NCBI GenBank assembly: GCA_010015805.1 | Contig: ML978125.1 | Location: forward strand, 930,001 to 994,000 | Length of the DNA: 64,000 bases | Origin: Rhizodiscina lignyota | Lineage: Eukaryota | Direction of reading: 5' to 3' | Part shown: in pieces, positions 50,329 through 62,454 of the stretch | Layout of the letters: the number at the start of each line of letters is the position of its first letter | Position numbering within the stretch: position 1 is the first letter of the stretch | Program-made: the position numbers and the translations under genes | Notes under the pieces: model-generated | The model's database searches: none | The model's input: only the letters and a program-made list of their open reading frames with translations | Told to the model about the DNA's origin: nothing

Positions 50329-50998
50329 CTAACATCTCCTCAACGCAACGCTGTACTCCAACATTGTGTCATCCCACTCCTTTACCTCGTCGCTCTCCCA
50401 CAGCACGTCGTCGTCCTCACTGCCCTTCCTCCCCCACACCTTCGATAACCTCTTAACAGGGTACAGCATCGCCTTCCCCAACCACCCTTCACTCATCCTT
50501 CTCGCCGTCCTCGCAACCCAACTCTCTTTCCTCTCCATCATCATCATCACACCCTTCTCCACGTCCGCATCACTGCCCTCCTCAATAACCTCAATGGTCT
50601 GCACCATAGGGTGCATACAATCCTCCCCTGCATCTAGGTCGTATATCCTTGCCGCCTCCGTACGAAGATGATCGGGATGTTCGGGTGGCAGGAGCGTCCT
50701 TCTCTCCGCCGGCCTTGAGCCTCCAGTCGGACTTCGCTGCTTTACAGCGTCAACAAAACTCTACACATTGACCGACCGCAGCAGCGCGAACGTTTGTCGA
50801 TGTGTCTTTATTGGCACGCACAGTAGGGAATCTTACCTCCGATGAATCTGCCATCTGAGGAATGACAAGAGGTGGAAGCCGGGGTGGCACGGCGCTATCG
50901 TAGCGGTATATTGGCTTCGCTGTTATGCAAGCCTCATCGTCGGCGAAGGGGTTGTTAAAGTCTATGGCCGCTGTGGGTGGCTGGAGACTGGACGGCAT
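50329..50998 (-). CDS. Hypothetical protein (two exons)
   Basis: Exon 1 from ATG 50998 to a GTAAGA donor near 50836. An acceptor near 50740 gives an open frame joining the 50329-50616 ORF. No domain recognised. Confidence 0.5.
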
Positions 50999-52027
50999 GG
51001 TGAATCTGGATCGATGCTATTCTGATTGGCTTTCACGTGGAAGAATATGAACATTTTCACAGGGAGGGGGAGATTCCTTATATATTTCGCTCAGCTGTGC
51101 GGATCTGGTACTACTGCGGGGCCGATGATGATTTCGAGGGGTTCCCCATTGTGAGGGGCCAATTGGCAATTGTGTTTAGAGAGCATCTGAGTCGCTCATG
51201 ATGCCCATGGGTTCGGTTCAGCTGTGGTCACTTCAGCATCAAGTATGGTACGCCATGGCCCGAGCCGGTGGTTCTTGGACAGTGCAGATGACAGTCAATG
51301 GTGACAAAATAGTTAGCCGTAGATTTCAGGACGCTGAACAGCAATGGAGTGTAGCTTCTGTAATTAGTAAAGTGCACCAGATCTTCGATAGTTCGCTACT
51401 ACTCAGTATCGCAAAGGTACGCCTGAGCCTTCAGATATAGTCTTAGACTCTCACTCATATTGAAGTGTAAGAGCTAATCGCCTTTCAGCGTCACAGCTTG
51501 CCTAACGGCTAAGCAATTCGTCACACTCGAGCGCCTACACCAACCGCCATCACAGAGACTCAGACACGCGCTGAGAGTTGGCACGAGAACCATATTTGAG
51601 TGACGTCTTGTCATTCGAGTGCTATAATTACAGTAACTACCCGAGCGTGGCAATGTTCCAGTGCCACGTCTACTCGAAAGAAGCTGAGAAATCCGTCCTG
51701 AAAGGCACCAGAAAACAATCTGTTTCTGACTAAAGTAACCAAAGCCAGAAGGGGGCATGGGGGAATAGACAGCAGCAAAATGTTTTTCGGGTTTTCGGGG
51801 ATATGCAACCTCTGCCAACCGACCCCGTATTTTGCATCGTAATCATCCGTAAAGTGAAGGAAGGGAAAAAATTCAGTCCGCTCCCATGCAGATCGCTAGT
51901 GAAAACACGCCACCCATCAACACGTCCGAGGCGTGGGGGGTATGAATTGTGCAAAAGGTGTATCGTGAAAGTGAAAGTGAATCATAACAGTCTTGACTTC
52001 TTCTCGACGTCCCCAGATGTTATTCAT

Positions 52028-54508
52028 CTAATTGAGGTTGTTGGTGTTGGCCATGTCAACAAAGTCCATGTCATCGTAGAGCGGACCACCCAGCTGATTG
52101 TAGCCGTTCATGTCGGAGAACAAGGACACAGCCACGCTGTTGTCAACGCTACCAGTCGTCTCAGGGTACAGGTCGAAGTCGCCGCCACGGAAATCGAAGC
52201 CCTCGCCGAAGCCTTCATCCATTGGATAGTTGTTTCCGTGGGGGGATAGGAGGGTAGCATCAGCTTGACCAGTTGGAGAGAGGTGAGTGTTTGTAGAACC
52301 GAAGTTGGTATTGAGCGTGAGAGTCTGATCGTAGTCGAAATCCACAGGGCTGCTATTCGGCATAGTGGCCGGCGTAGGTGGAGGCTGGAAATTGACTTGC
52401 TGGAAGTTGATAGGGTGGAAATTGAATCCCGTGCCCAAGCTCTGATTCATGTCGAAATTCATGCCATCGATGCTCAAGGAGTGAGCCGATGGGAAAGCAT
52501 CTTCGAAAGAAGATTGATCGAACGGCGAGCGTGTGGAGCTTGTTGGCAAAGAGCCCGAGGTAGTCATCGACTGACGACGGCTATCTTGCACATCGTGTGA
52601 CGGCACCATTGGCGAGGGCTGAATAGGGTTATGGTAGTTATTGAAGTCGAAGTTGGGAAGAGCCGGAGACGGAGCAAATGGAGTAGCCGGGGTAGACATC
52701 AGCGCAGAGGCCGGAGTATTAATGAACGGCGTAAGGGGAGTAGCAGGGGTGCCAGAGGAACCTTCGCTTGTACGGTTTGTCTTGTTTCGGCCATTGTTCT
52801 TGGAGCGAACGTAGGTGTAACCGTGGGACTTCTCCATATGCTGTTTGCAATTGGACTCGCGTTTGCTGGTGTAGGTACAAGGCGAGAAGTTGCACTTGTA
52901 CATCGTGGGCGCAGCATTATGACGGTCATTAACGTGGCGCTCGCACTCCTTCTCCGTCGGCCAACCGTCCACGTGGTACTTGCAGGATTCCTCCGGGCAC
53001 TTCCAAGGACGAAGATGCGTCTTCTCGTGCTTTGTCAGGTCACAGGGACGCTTGAAGTCTTTACCGCACTCATTGCATGAGTGGATAACATCGCCAGGGC
53101 GGTCAGATTTGCGTCGACGAGCCATTGATCGCGTCGCGTCGTCACCGTCCAGATCTTCTTCAGAGAATGCACGCTTCAGGGGAGAAGTCTTCTCGATAGC
53201 CTCAACTTCTTCGGGAGAAGCGATGGGAATAGTCTTCCCGTCCTTCTTGCGAACGAGCTGTGCAGGCTTGCCGTCGTAACTGAGGCCACCCTCGATGGTT
53301 AATTCCTCGTCGCTATAGGTAAGATTAGTTATGTTGCATAGCGGAGAAGCGAGTGCAGTTTTAGAAGATGAAGGGTGAAAGCAAGGAAGATGGTATAGAT
53401 TTAATACAAGAGAGTTGTAGTGTTGGGTGTATTGTTGTAATGAGTCACAATAGGAAAGATCAATAGGAAGGTCACAATAGGAAGGATCAATAGGAAGATC
53501 AATAGGTGAGACATACGGGGAATAGTCCTTCTCATCGAGGGGCTTGCCAGCCTCCTGGCGTGCGCGCGTCTCTGCCATAATCTCTGCGTAGCGGCGGATC
53601 TGTTGAACCAAATCGATGGCGTATGAGTTAGTGTAAGGTAGATCGGCTGGGCCGTGTCGGTCAGATGCCGGGATGCTGTCAACGGTCGCGAGGATGAAGC
53701 TGATCGTTTGCTGGCAGAAGAGCTGGTATGATTCTGCGGACGGAGCGGAATCCTTCAATGCAGAAGAAAGATAATGAGTGAGATTGTCCTCCAAACCAAG
53801 AACAATAGAACTTACAAAAGCAAGGTATAGAAGATTCTTTTCAAGATCGCGGAGGGTCCTGATTTCCTTGTTGTCGACGCGGCGTGGAACGTCTGCGAGC
53901 AGACGGTGGAAGGCTTTGTGTGTATCTTCCTTGAGGATGGGATCAAGAATGCGTTGCTTGATCTCCTTGGCAGCAAAGTCGCTGAGACTGTGGCCGTCGT
54001 CCACTCCGGACGGCGCCGAGAATGACTTGTTGATTGCAGAGCCTGAGCTCTTCAATGATGATGCGAATGACTCTATGCTAGCACCGAGCCCACTATCGGA
54101 AAGATGATCGTGATCGACGACGACAGGCTTTTCGTCCTTTTCGTCGATGTCCATGAAATCATCGATGTTGGTATGTTCGAGGACGATGTTGGGCACGGCC
54201 CATACTTCAGCGTCCTTCAGAATGGGGACATTGGTGAGGCCGGCCAATGTGTCGTCGAACTTATGGAGGAGTTCGACGATGTCGGGGCGCGGGGCGATGA
54301 GGTCCTCCAAGGCCTTGGACGATGTTGGGGACCGCTTGGGTATATATGCAGCGTCGGCGACGGGATCGATCATGCTCGACGGGCCCCTAGAGGGAACATT
54401 GAACGTATCGACTTTGCGAAGGGAAGGTTTGGGAGATCCGGGAAGAGGAGGGCGGGCACCCGTGGCCTTTTGAGGGCGGCGTCTCGGGTGGGATGACGGG
54501 GAGTCCAT
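52028..54508 (-). CDS. ace1: C2H2 transcription factor ACE1/SltA
   Basis: SDSGLGAS, LRDLEK and RSMARRRK motifs, and three zinc fingers CNECGKDFKRPCDLTKHEKTHLRPWKC..GWPTEKE..YTSKRESNCKQHMEKSHG. Introns 53753-53815 and 53313-53516. Confidence 0.92.
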   Translation of the reverse strand: MDSPSSHPRRRPQKATGARPPLPGSPKPSLRKVDTFNVPSRGPSSMIDPVADAAYIPKRSPTSSKALEDLIAPRPDIVELLHKFDDTLAGLTNVPILKDAEVWAVPNIVLEHTNIDDFMDIDEKDEKPVVVDHDHLSDSGLGASIESFASSLKSSGSAINKSFSAPSGVDDGHSLSDFAAKEIKQRILDPILKEDTHKAFHRLLADVPRRVDNKEIRTLRDLEKNLLYLAFVSSIVLGLEDNLTHYLSSALKDSAPSAESYQLFCQQTISFILATVDSIPASDRHGPADLPYTNSYAIDLVQQIRRYAEIMAETRARQEAGKPLDEKDYSPYVSPIDLPIDPSYCDLPIDLSYCDSLQQYTQHYNSLVLNLYHLPCFHPSSSKTALASPLCNITNLTYSDEELTIEGGLSYDGKPAQLVRKKDGKTIPIASPEEVEAIEKTSPLKRAFSEEDLDGDDATRSMARRRKSDRPGDVIHSCNECGKDFKRPCDLTKHEKTHLRPWKCPEESCKYHVDGWPTEKECERHVNDRHNAAPTMYKCNFSPCTYTSKRESNCKQHMEKSHGYTYVRSKNNGRNKTNRTSEGSSGTPATPLTPFINTPASALMSTPATPFAPSPALPNFDFNNYHNPIQPSPMVPSHDVQDSRRQSMTTSGSLPTSSTRSPFDQSSFEDAFPSAHSLSIDGMNFDMNQSLGTGFNFHPINFQQVNFQPPPTPATMPNSSPVDFDYDQTLTLNTNFGSTNTHLSPTGQADATLLSPHGNNYPMDEGFGEGFDFRGGDFDLYPETTGSVDNSVAVSLFSDMNGYNQLGGPLYDDMDFVDMANTNNLN
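53444..53506. repeat. Imperfect tandem repeat, CAATAGG(AAG) core x5, inside ace1 intron
   Basis: gtcacaataggaaagatcaataggaaggtcacaataggaaggatcaataggaagatcaatagg. Confidence 0.85.
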
Positions 54509-57500
54509 TTCTGTCGAATGGGCTTGAATCAAACCGAGCTACTGGGTTTCCAGGATAATTAGCTTGGTTTGAGTCGAGTTAATGAGCCTTGAAAGTAAGG
54601 TGTGACTCACAATAAATGGCTGCAGCCCACTCGACAGATGCAAGATCTCGCTGAGATGCGTACAAAAGAGGCCGCCCACGACAACCTCGAGATCCGGGGA
54701 CAATTCTCTTTTGCTTCAAATCAGGAAAGACGCAGTCCTCGAACCAAGGGCTCAAGGCAAACGTTGGGACGTCTCCTTCGAGCGGTGTCGGAAAGGCGCG
54801 CGCCGGCAGCAGTAAGACTCTTGTGTGCTGAGCGGAACGTGGGAGGAGCAATCGAACGACGAACGTACGGCAATGCTAGCCGGCCTCTGATTTGTGGAGG
54901 CAGTTCTAGAGCAAGCGGAAACAGAGTGTACAGCAAGCAGAGTGAGGCTGTGGGGAAGATGTATAAGAGGAAGTGCAGCAAGCGGCGAGCGAGGTAACGC
55001 TGGCGAAGGAGCCAAAGCCAAGAGCAAACGGGTCAGGCTCTTGTCAGACAAGGTGACGAGGTCAGTTGAAACCTCAGGAAGGGACTGCGAGAGCGTTGCG
55101 GAGAGGAGGGTTGGAGATGGAGCGCGAAGTCGAGTTGAAGTGGTCGTTAGGCAGCAGTTCGTGATCCTGGCAACGCGTCGTGCTTCGTCCGTGCGATCGT
55201 ACGGAAGCGCGGGGGGTCTTCAACTCCGAGCGCTTGGCATTTGTGGCAATGCTCGCAGCGCGCCGGATTAGTGAATTTGCTCGCCTTCAAAATCACCATT
55301 AATTCGCAACTCGACGATTGCCGGGGCCGCGAGAATCGACGCTTATCGCTCTTCTCGTCCTGTTGAGTCGTCCCACTCCCCCGTCTTCAGAATCAGGCTC
55401 GACGGTGAAGACGGGCAAGTCACAAAGTCTCTTGACCGGAATTCAAAGCGGAATAGCGTGGAGGCTGCGCAATACTCGCCCACTTAGGGCCACTCACCAC
55501 CAGCTCTTTCATGCCATGGCGCATGCAATGCACAGCTCGCTCCCTCCGGTAGGTGCGATCAACGCCCTTCGAGGTTCGTGGAACGCTTTTTCAACAATCC
55601 CATCCATGGGTTGTTGCTGTGCCGCAGCCAACGAGTGCCATTTGATCCATCTGGCCTCCCGCAATACAAGGATGAGATCCTTCAGCTTTTGCACCGCTGT
55701 GAGACATGGAGAGCGTCACACACTCTCTCTAAATCCATCGGTGGCGTTATTCTCAGTCCTGTCGACTGGGGCCGAACTCCGTTATCTGGAGCTCTTCACC
55801 CACCTCTCGTGACTCAGGCATGCAGATTCATGCATACGTCGCCTGTCCTCCTCGCGCGTCCTACTGTACGAGGTCTTCTCGGTCCCCCCTTAGTTTCATT
55901 GGAAAGAAATGTTCCGTTTCCACTTGACTGCTCAACGTCGATGCACGGCGGCTGCCAACTCCCCGCAAGCTGGACTTCGTTGCGTCCTCTCTCGTCTTGG
56001 CACCTCTGCAGGTCGCGTCATTCCGCTGACGACCCATTCCGTCGACCTCTTTCCCTTTCTACAATCTCACGTCTCCTTATTAAGATCCTCCTATCATCGG
56101 AGAGAGCCAAGACCTCTATACAGGTGCGCACGTACTCTGTCCACGTCGCCATGAGACGGGAGCCGAGGGGCGACTTCGATCTTCACATGCTCTCATGAAA
56201 ATGTGAGATGAATGACGACGTGAGAACAATCCCTTCGAGCTCTTATTTGATTTGAACCATTCCCAGAGATCTAGATTGCGGTTTCAAGCCGTCGTCTGCA
56301 ATGTCACCGCCTGAGGTGGGGAGAAGGCACTTCTGTACAATCGTATTCGTTCCTGCAGTAGTTAGCTCTCGGTGGGCCTTCCCGTCGGTTCCTCAGTTTG
56401 CAGGTGGAGAACTGCAGCGCTTCGCCGAATGCGACGAAGTGGATATGGTCATGCAGGCCCTTGCTTAAAGGAGATGCGACAGCCTTATTTATAGGAAATT
56501 AGGAAATTAAGAGCCTTTCGAAAGCGATAACTTCTTTTTGAAAGTGAGGACTGCGTGCAAAAGCGTTGGAATATTCCCCTCGCAAGCATTGTCATAGTGT
56601 CAAAATCGCAGGAAGGTAGTGTAATATTCATGAATGATGCCCATGACCTGTGAATTGAATACCGACTGTGCTTAAACAGGAGAATATGTGAACAATGACA
56701 CTTTAGTTTACGAGATTTGGGCGTCCATCAAGTAAATGGACATGTCAGAAACAGTCTTCATTGGTTCAATGCCGCTACAGACGACTTCTCAGTATGGCTT
56801 ATCCATAGACCAGTGACGCCTATCGAGCAAATAGAGACAAGTTTCAGGGCAGCCGCACTGTCATGCTCGCGTGCGTGGTAGAATGTGACACTATCTCATT
56901 CACTGAAAGTGTCCTGGTAGATCATGACAAGGTAGTCGGGCTGGGCAGAGGCTTCAATGCAACATCTCACGAAAGCAGCGTCATCCATATGAGGCAAGAT
57001 AAGACATGCCATCTTCTGAATGCCGAAACCAGGGACATCACAATTCGATGCGCCTGAACTTGTGTTGGAGCGCTAGACTGTTCTCATTTGGTGCTACGTA
57101 CGCTTCTCCTCCATCAAATGTATTAGGAGCGGACAAATCAGCAGATCAACTCAGGGTATGTACGATCAAAAAAAGAGCAAAAGCTTCAGGGACTGGTGCA
57201 AGAGCAGAAGGAAATTGTTCACCGTCGGAGGGAGGGAGAGGCCGTCTGGAAAAAGACGCATTATTGCGTGAAGTGGACACAACTGAAAATGACCGCCATA
57301 AACAATCTGGTATCTCAAAGGGAGAGCAAGCTGCTTGCAGAAAAGGCCAGAAGAGAACGAAAACAACAGAGTACGGCAGGAAGCAGGTCAAATGAAGAAA
57401 GAGACTGTGTATTCGAGGATGTGCGCCTTTACGCCGCGCAGGATGTCTTTGAGCTGATGACCGTAAACACCAAGCTTGCAGATGTCAAGGGAATGTCGAA

Positions 57501-57622
57501 GATGCTGCGTCTGCGCAGACGCCGTGTACGGTTCCAAATGCTGGTCTAGATGTTCCACGTAAGAGGAGTACCGGTTCAGAATACAACACAAAGAAAATTG
57601 TGACGTACTGCTTTCTATCTCA

Positions 57623-60600
57623 TTACCGCCTTGGGCTACCACCCTGTTCGATGTTTCCAGTAAGCTCAGCTACGCGGGCTTTGATACGAGCGACACGCGA
57701 CTCGATCGTTTCTTCGCCACTGGTGTCACCATCGTCGGTCGTCTTGCTGTAGCTTTGGCTGTGGCTACGAGCGCCCGAGACCGTGCCCGTGCCCGGGCCC
57801 GTTTGTTCCTCGCTGTATCGTTGGGCACGTTCTGCGGCATTCTTCCTAATCTGTGCCCAGCGATCTGCTTGAGACTGAGCAGACATTGGCGACAAGTTGT
57901 CCTCAGTAGCAGGCTCAGGTTCGACCTCCATTGCTGGTGCTGCCGGAGATTCGGCTCGGACTGGCGGAGGCGTAGGGGTAGGGGTAGGCTTGAGAGAGCT
58001 ACGAGAGTGGCTGCCAAACTCTGGGGGTGCAGGAGCACCGTCTGAAGGATTGGGAGAATCTGTTGGCATAAACGCTGGCACGTCATCCATCGGGCCTTGA
58101 TCGAATCTGTTGAATTCGCGAGCCGCTTCACGCTCGTCGTGACTAGGAACTCTGGAGATATCGGTCTCAGTGCGATCGTCGACCTCAGGAGCAGGAGGAG
58201 GACGAGGTGATTCGGCCTTGGGAAGAATGGGTTCAATATGTGCATCCGGAGCCGGAGCTGGCTCAAACTGTTCAGGTGTGTCGGACCTGAACGGCTCCTT
58301 AGGCGGCTGTGGTGAGATGGCACGGCTCACGCGGTTGTTCTTCTTCAGGAACAACTTCTTCAAACCACCACCGCCACCACCAACCTGCTTCTTGAGCTTC
58401 TTAGGTGATGTCTTGCCTGCTCTGGCAGACTCAGGACTTGAGGTGGATTGTTTCGGAATCTCTTCCCGTGCCTCGTCTATAGAAGTAGGCTGTTGAGAGA
58501 TGCTGCCATTGCGCAATGCAGGATGATCGGCCGGAGCAGGCTTCTCATCGGCAACAGGAACTGGCACAACAGGGGACTGGGCCTTCTCTGGAGGAGTGGA
58601 TGGCGGCAGTGGTGCAGGTGGTGGAGGCACAGACTTGCGTGGAACCTGAACCTTGGGGGTCTCTATACCAGAATCATCTTGAGGTAGCGCAGGCAGATCT
58701 CGGTTCGACACGCTCTTGGGCATTGTTGGTGTGACTGACCCGTTGCCGGTCGTGAGATTGGCGTCGCTTTGACCCGCACCGAGGAATTCCATAGATTGGC
58801 CTTTTCCAGCATTCATGTTGCCCAGGTACCTAGCTCTGATGGCGCCCTTGTCAAACTCTTTCGCCCATTTCATAGCAGGTGCAGCTTCGCTCACGATCTG
58901 AGGTTGCAGCGTGAGCATGCTATTAGTCTTCGAATCCGCCAATTGACCCGTCCGATTCGGAGCGCGGAGGTCCTCTTTTGGCATCTGCTGGTTAATAAGT
59001 CTTGCCGCGGCAGCTTGGATCTTTGCCTGCTGATCAGCACCGATAGTGATCCTACTATACGGAGTACCTGCTGCTGAACGATTATGTGGGTCCTTCGGGG
59101 GTTGTTGAGCTTTCTTTCCAGTGGATTTGCGCCTTGTCAGACCGCGTCTCCTGAAGCTGAAACGGCTCTTCTTTTCAGCGATGTATGCTCCCTCTTCGGG
59201 CCCTGGAGAGGCTCCTTTCACCTGCTCTTCCATCACCAACCAACGACCTCCAGAAATATTTGTTTCAATCAGAGCGCATCGTCCAAAGACGGCTTTCCTT
59301 TCCGCCGGCTCTTCACTTGCCAAGCTTGTCATCCAGACCCACCAAAACGTATCATCCAAGTCAAACTTGGTGATGCTGGCCAACTCGCCTGGCTCTAAGT
59401 TCGTGTCCATGTTGAGGTTACGCACATGCGATTGTGAACTGTGCCCGCGGCCTTCGCCGATGGGAGGAAGAACCTTGTCGGGTGGCAGTAGCACGGGAGA
59501 ACTCGTAGATGTACCACGATCGTCTGCAAATCCAGTTGAGAGGAAATCGGCCCAGGAGGGAGTGGTTGGCCGTCCGAAGTCAGTATTCCTTGATTGTCCA
59601 TGCGATCTCATTTGGCCAAATGAGGGACCATCCATCGATTGAGTGCCTGTATATGCGTCGCGTGGTGGATCGTTCTCACTGATTCCTGCAAATCCAAGAT
59701 CCTCGAATCTTGACCAGGAGGGATCTTGCACATTTTTGGCGGAGCCGCTGTCAAGGATGTTCGATTGGTTTGTGCGAGAAATGGCATTCAGTACACGGCG
59801 GCACTCGTCTGTAAGTGCTTTCACAGGGTCCTCATATAGCGAATACTCCTGAAGAGCCATGTCATCGTCTCGGTATTCAAAATGCTTCGCTCGTCGAAGG
59901 AGGGCGAACGGAGTCGGCGACACGGCGTCTACGATCATGACAACTTTTGGCGTGGTGGTGAACATTAGAAGTGGGGTCTCTGGTGGATACTCAGTTTGAG
60001 AGAGGAGCGATTGGAGGGAACGAGGAATTTTTGAGATCCCCTGCGCTCCAGCAACCGGATCGGGCGACAACGATCTCAGGTAGGCAAAGAATAAGTGAGA
60101 GGCAGCATCCGCGGCGCTGAGACAGTCAGTCCAAGCATGTATGACTGGAGAATCGGCCTACCTTTGCCATGATTTATAACCTCCATCAAATCCATTGCCT
60201 TGGTCAGAGTGCTCGAATGCCCACCAACCAGCCATACGTGACAACTTCCTTCCACCAAGACCATTAGTCTTTCCACGAGCAGCGATAGCAGCCAAGAGAT
60301 CGAAGAAGTCGAAGATGATATCCTTTCTGGATGAGGACTCGACGCTGAGCGGAATGAAAGTATCGAAAGAGTGCCGAGCCAGCTGCGCGTCTTTAATGTA
60401 TTCAGCCAAACCGTTCTAAATATGCAACGGGACCATTATCATACCTTGTTCACCCATCTTGAACATCTCATACACGTCCCAGGTGACGACACCACCAGGC
60501 AAACGACTCCAGCACCACTTCATGATGCTGCATAGTACCATTGGCTCCGTCAGACGAAGCTCCTGTTGCAATCCATGCCCGTTGAACTGGTTGGCCCCAG

Positions 60601-60949
60601 CGTATTTTGCTTTGAAGAACTTTCCGATGAATATACGCGAACTGCTCGCATCGACACCTGGTCGAAAGGGAAGAAGGAGGAAAGGCATATCGAGCGCTGT
60701 AGTTGTGATGTTGTTAGCCTTGCCCTTGTTGGATGCTGAAGGTATAGAGATCGTACCTCTGGACTTCATTTCAATCGTGCATTCGTGGATAAGCTCTTGG
60801 ATCTCCTCTGGAGCGACCTCTCTTCGCGACCAGGCGTCCTCCCAGCGCGGCTTCGGAGGTTCGACAGCTCCCCCTTTGCCCTGGTCTGCATTTTTCTTTG
60901 CCTTTGAAGCTCCTCCATCTCTGCGGAAAACTTTCGAGAAGAACGGCAT
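57623..60949 (-). CDS. Msb1/Mug8 (DUF1708, RhoGAP-like) morphogenesis protein
   Basis: Four exons. MPFFSKVF, ALDMPFLLLPFRP, KWCWSRLPGGVVTW, NGLGGRKLSRMAGWWAF, SPTPFALLRRA, WSRFEDLGF, FWWVWMTSL and IESRVARIKARVAELT motifs. Confidence 0.85.
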
Positions 60950-62454
60950 GGCGGCAGCGGTGTTGTATTTGTATGGCCTCGGGCCCCGTTGGTTGTAGCT
61001 CACGGCGAGTTGATCAAGGGCGCGACTTGCGAGGGCTTCCGTGGAATTGGCGAGGCATGAACATGTGGTAGATTAAAGCTTTCAAACAACCCTTTCGGTC
61101 CTGAGCAGCACCGTTTTCCCTGGTCAGTCGCGGTACGTTATGTTTGAACAAGGATGGGGGAGTGCGCGTCGAGAGGGCTGTGACTTCAACTATCAATACC
61201 AAAAGGGCCAACTTACAGATCCGAAATATTGGGATGCACGCGCCAAATGCAGCTCTGGAGTGAATTGTCTGGTAGGATCAGCAACGAAGGCAAAGAAACA
61301 GTTGAGTATGGCAACCTACTTCGAGTGAAGCTTGCCCCCTGACCTGAAACGCTGGAATCGCGCTGGCGGATTGGCTCGCGTGAATTGTCAATGACAACGC
61401 ACAGCCCAATGGGACCACTCACAGCGCGCGTGCGAGAGAGTGAAGCAAAATCAGGTCGTCTTCCCTGCGCTCCGTGGCGAGTGCATATGTACGTGCAATT
61501 CGCAATGGTTCAAAGCGATCTCACGAAGATTCAGCGAGGCAACACAGAATTATCCCTTCCCCCTCGAGCACAGGACCCTAACATGCAAGAGAGCACACGC
61601 TAACCGCCACAGGAACTGTGGATGGCGCTCGTCGGATCGAACCGCGCATGGGATTTGCTTCCCAGGACGCTGGCGGTACGGAAAGGCTATTCCTGAATTG
61701 TGTGACGGGCTCACCAAGCTCGAGCCTCAAACGCTCGAGCGCCAGGGTCACTTATCCAAAGCAGAGCCAGTCAACGCCATGGCAGGCGCAGATGCCGACT
61801 CGATTTGCGCAACGCAGCCGCTCGTTTGAGGCTCTCATTTCCGTGTGAGCAGCTCTCTGTGCAGGGTACGGAAGATCCTCAAATTATCTTCTCGCACGCC
61901 TTGCAAACGTGCAGCTATCCGTATTGCAGCTGCGTTGATACCTGACGAGTAAACAGCAGAACAACGCTTCATGCTCGAGATCCGTCACACGAAGCATTAA
62001 ATACAGCGCTTCGACGTCCAAATTGACTCGAATCGCATCCCGGTGACTGGAGTTTCGATCGTCGAAAAGCTCTGCTCGCCGAGCATTCCAATATATGGAG
62101 ATCCCCCTTAGCATGGGGTCATGCCCGGACCCAAATTCCAGGTATCCACCTGCAGGGCGGCGGCGTCTGCAATGTATCTCTATTGACGCCGTGGCTATCA
62201 TCCGTCGTCACAAGTGCCAAATCAGTATCAACTTCTAATATTCCGACATCCACGATATTTCCTAGCGCATTATTGTCCATATCACCGCAATTGACGAGCA
62301 CGCTAACAACCTCGTGGGTACTAGATCAAGCATCATCTGATCCGCCTGGCGTTCATTCCCGCCACGGGACGGATCGAAATGGATCATTATGATTTTCATA
62401 AGTGCGATCTTTCGGCCATCTTCTGACATGCTTGCTTTTTGCCAGGTGTTCACA

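Noticed and set aside
53444..53506. CRISPR-like repeat array
   Set aside because: Eukaryotic intron, repeat core of about 10 nt with no unique spacers. It is a simple tandem repeat.
55318..57549. ORFs of 100-200 aa between ace1 and the Msb1-like gene
   Set aside because: Mostly near-cognate starts, no domains and random-like composition. More likely promoter and 3' UTR sequence.
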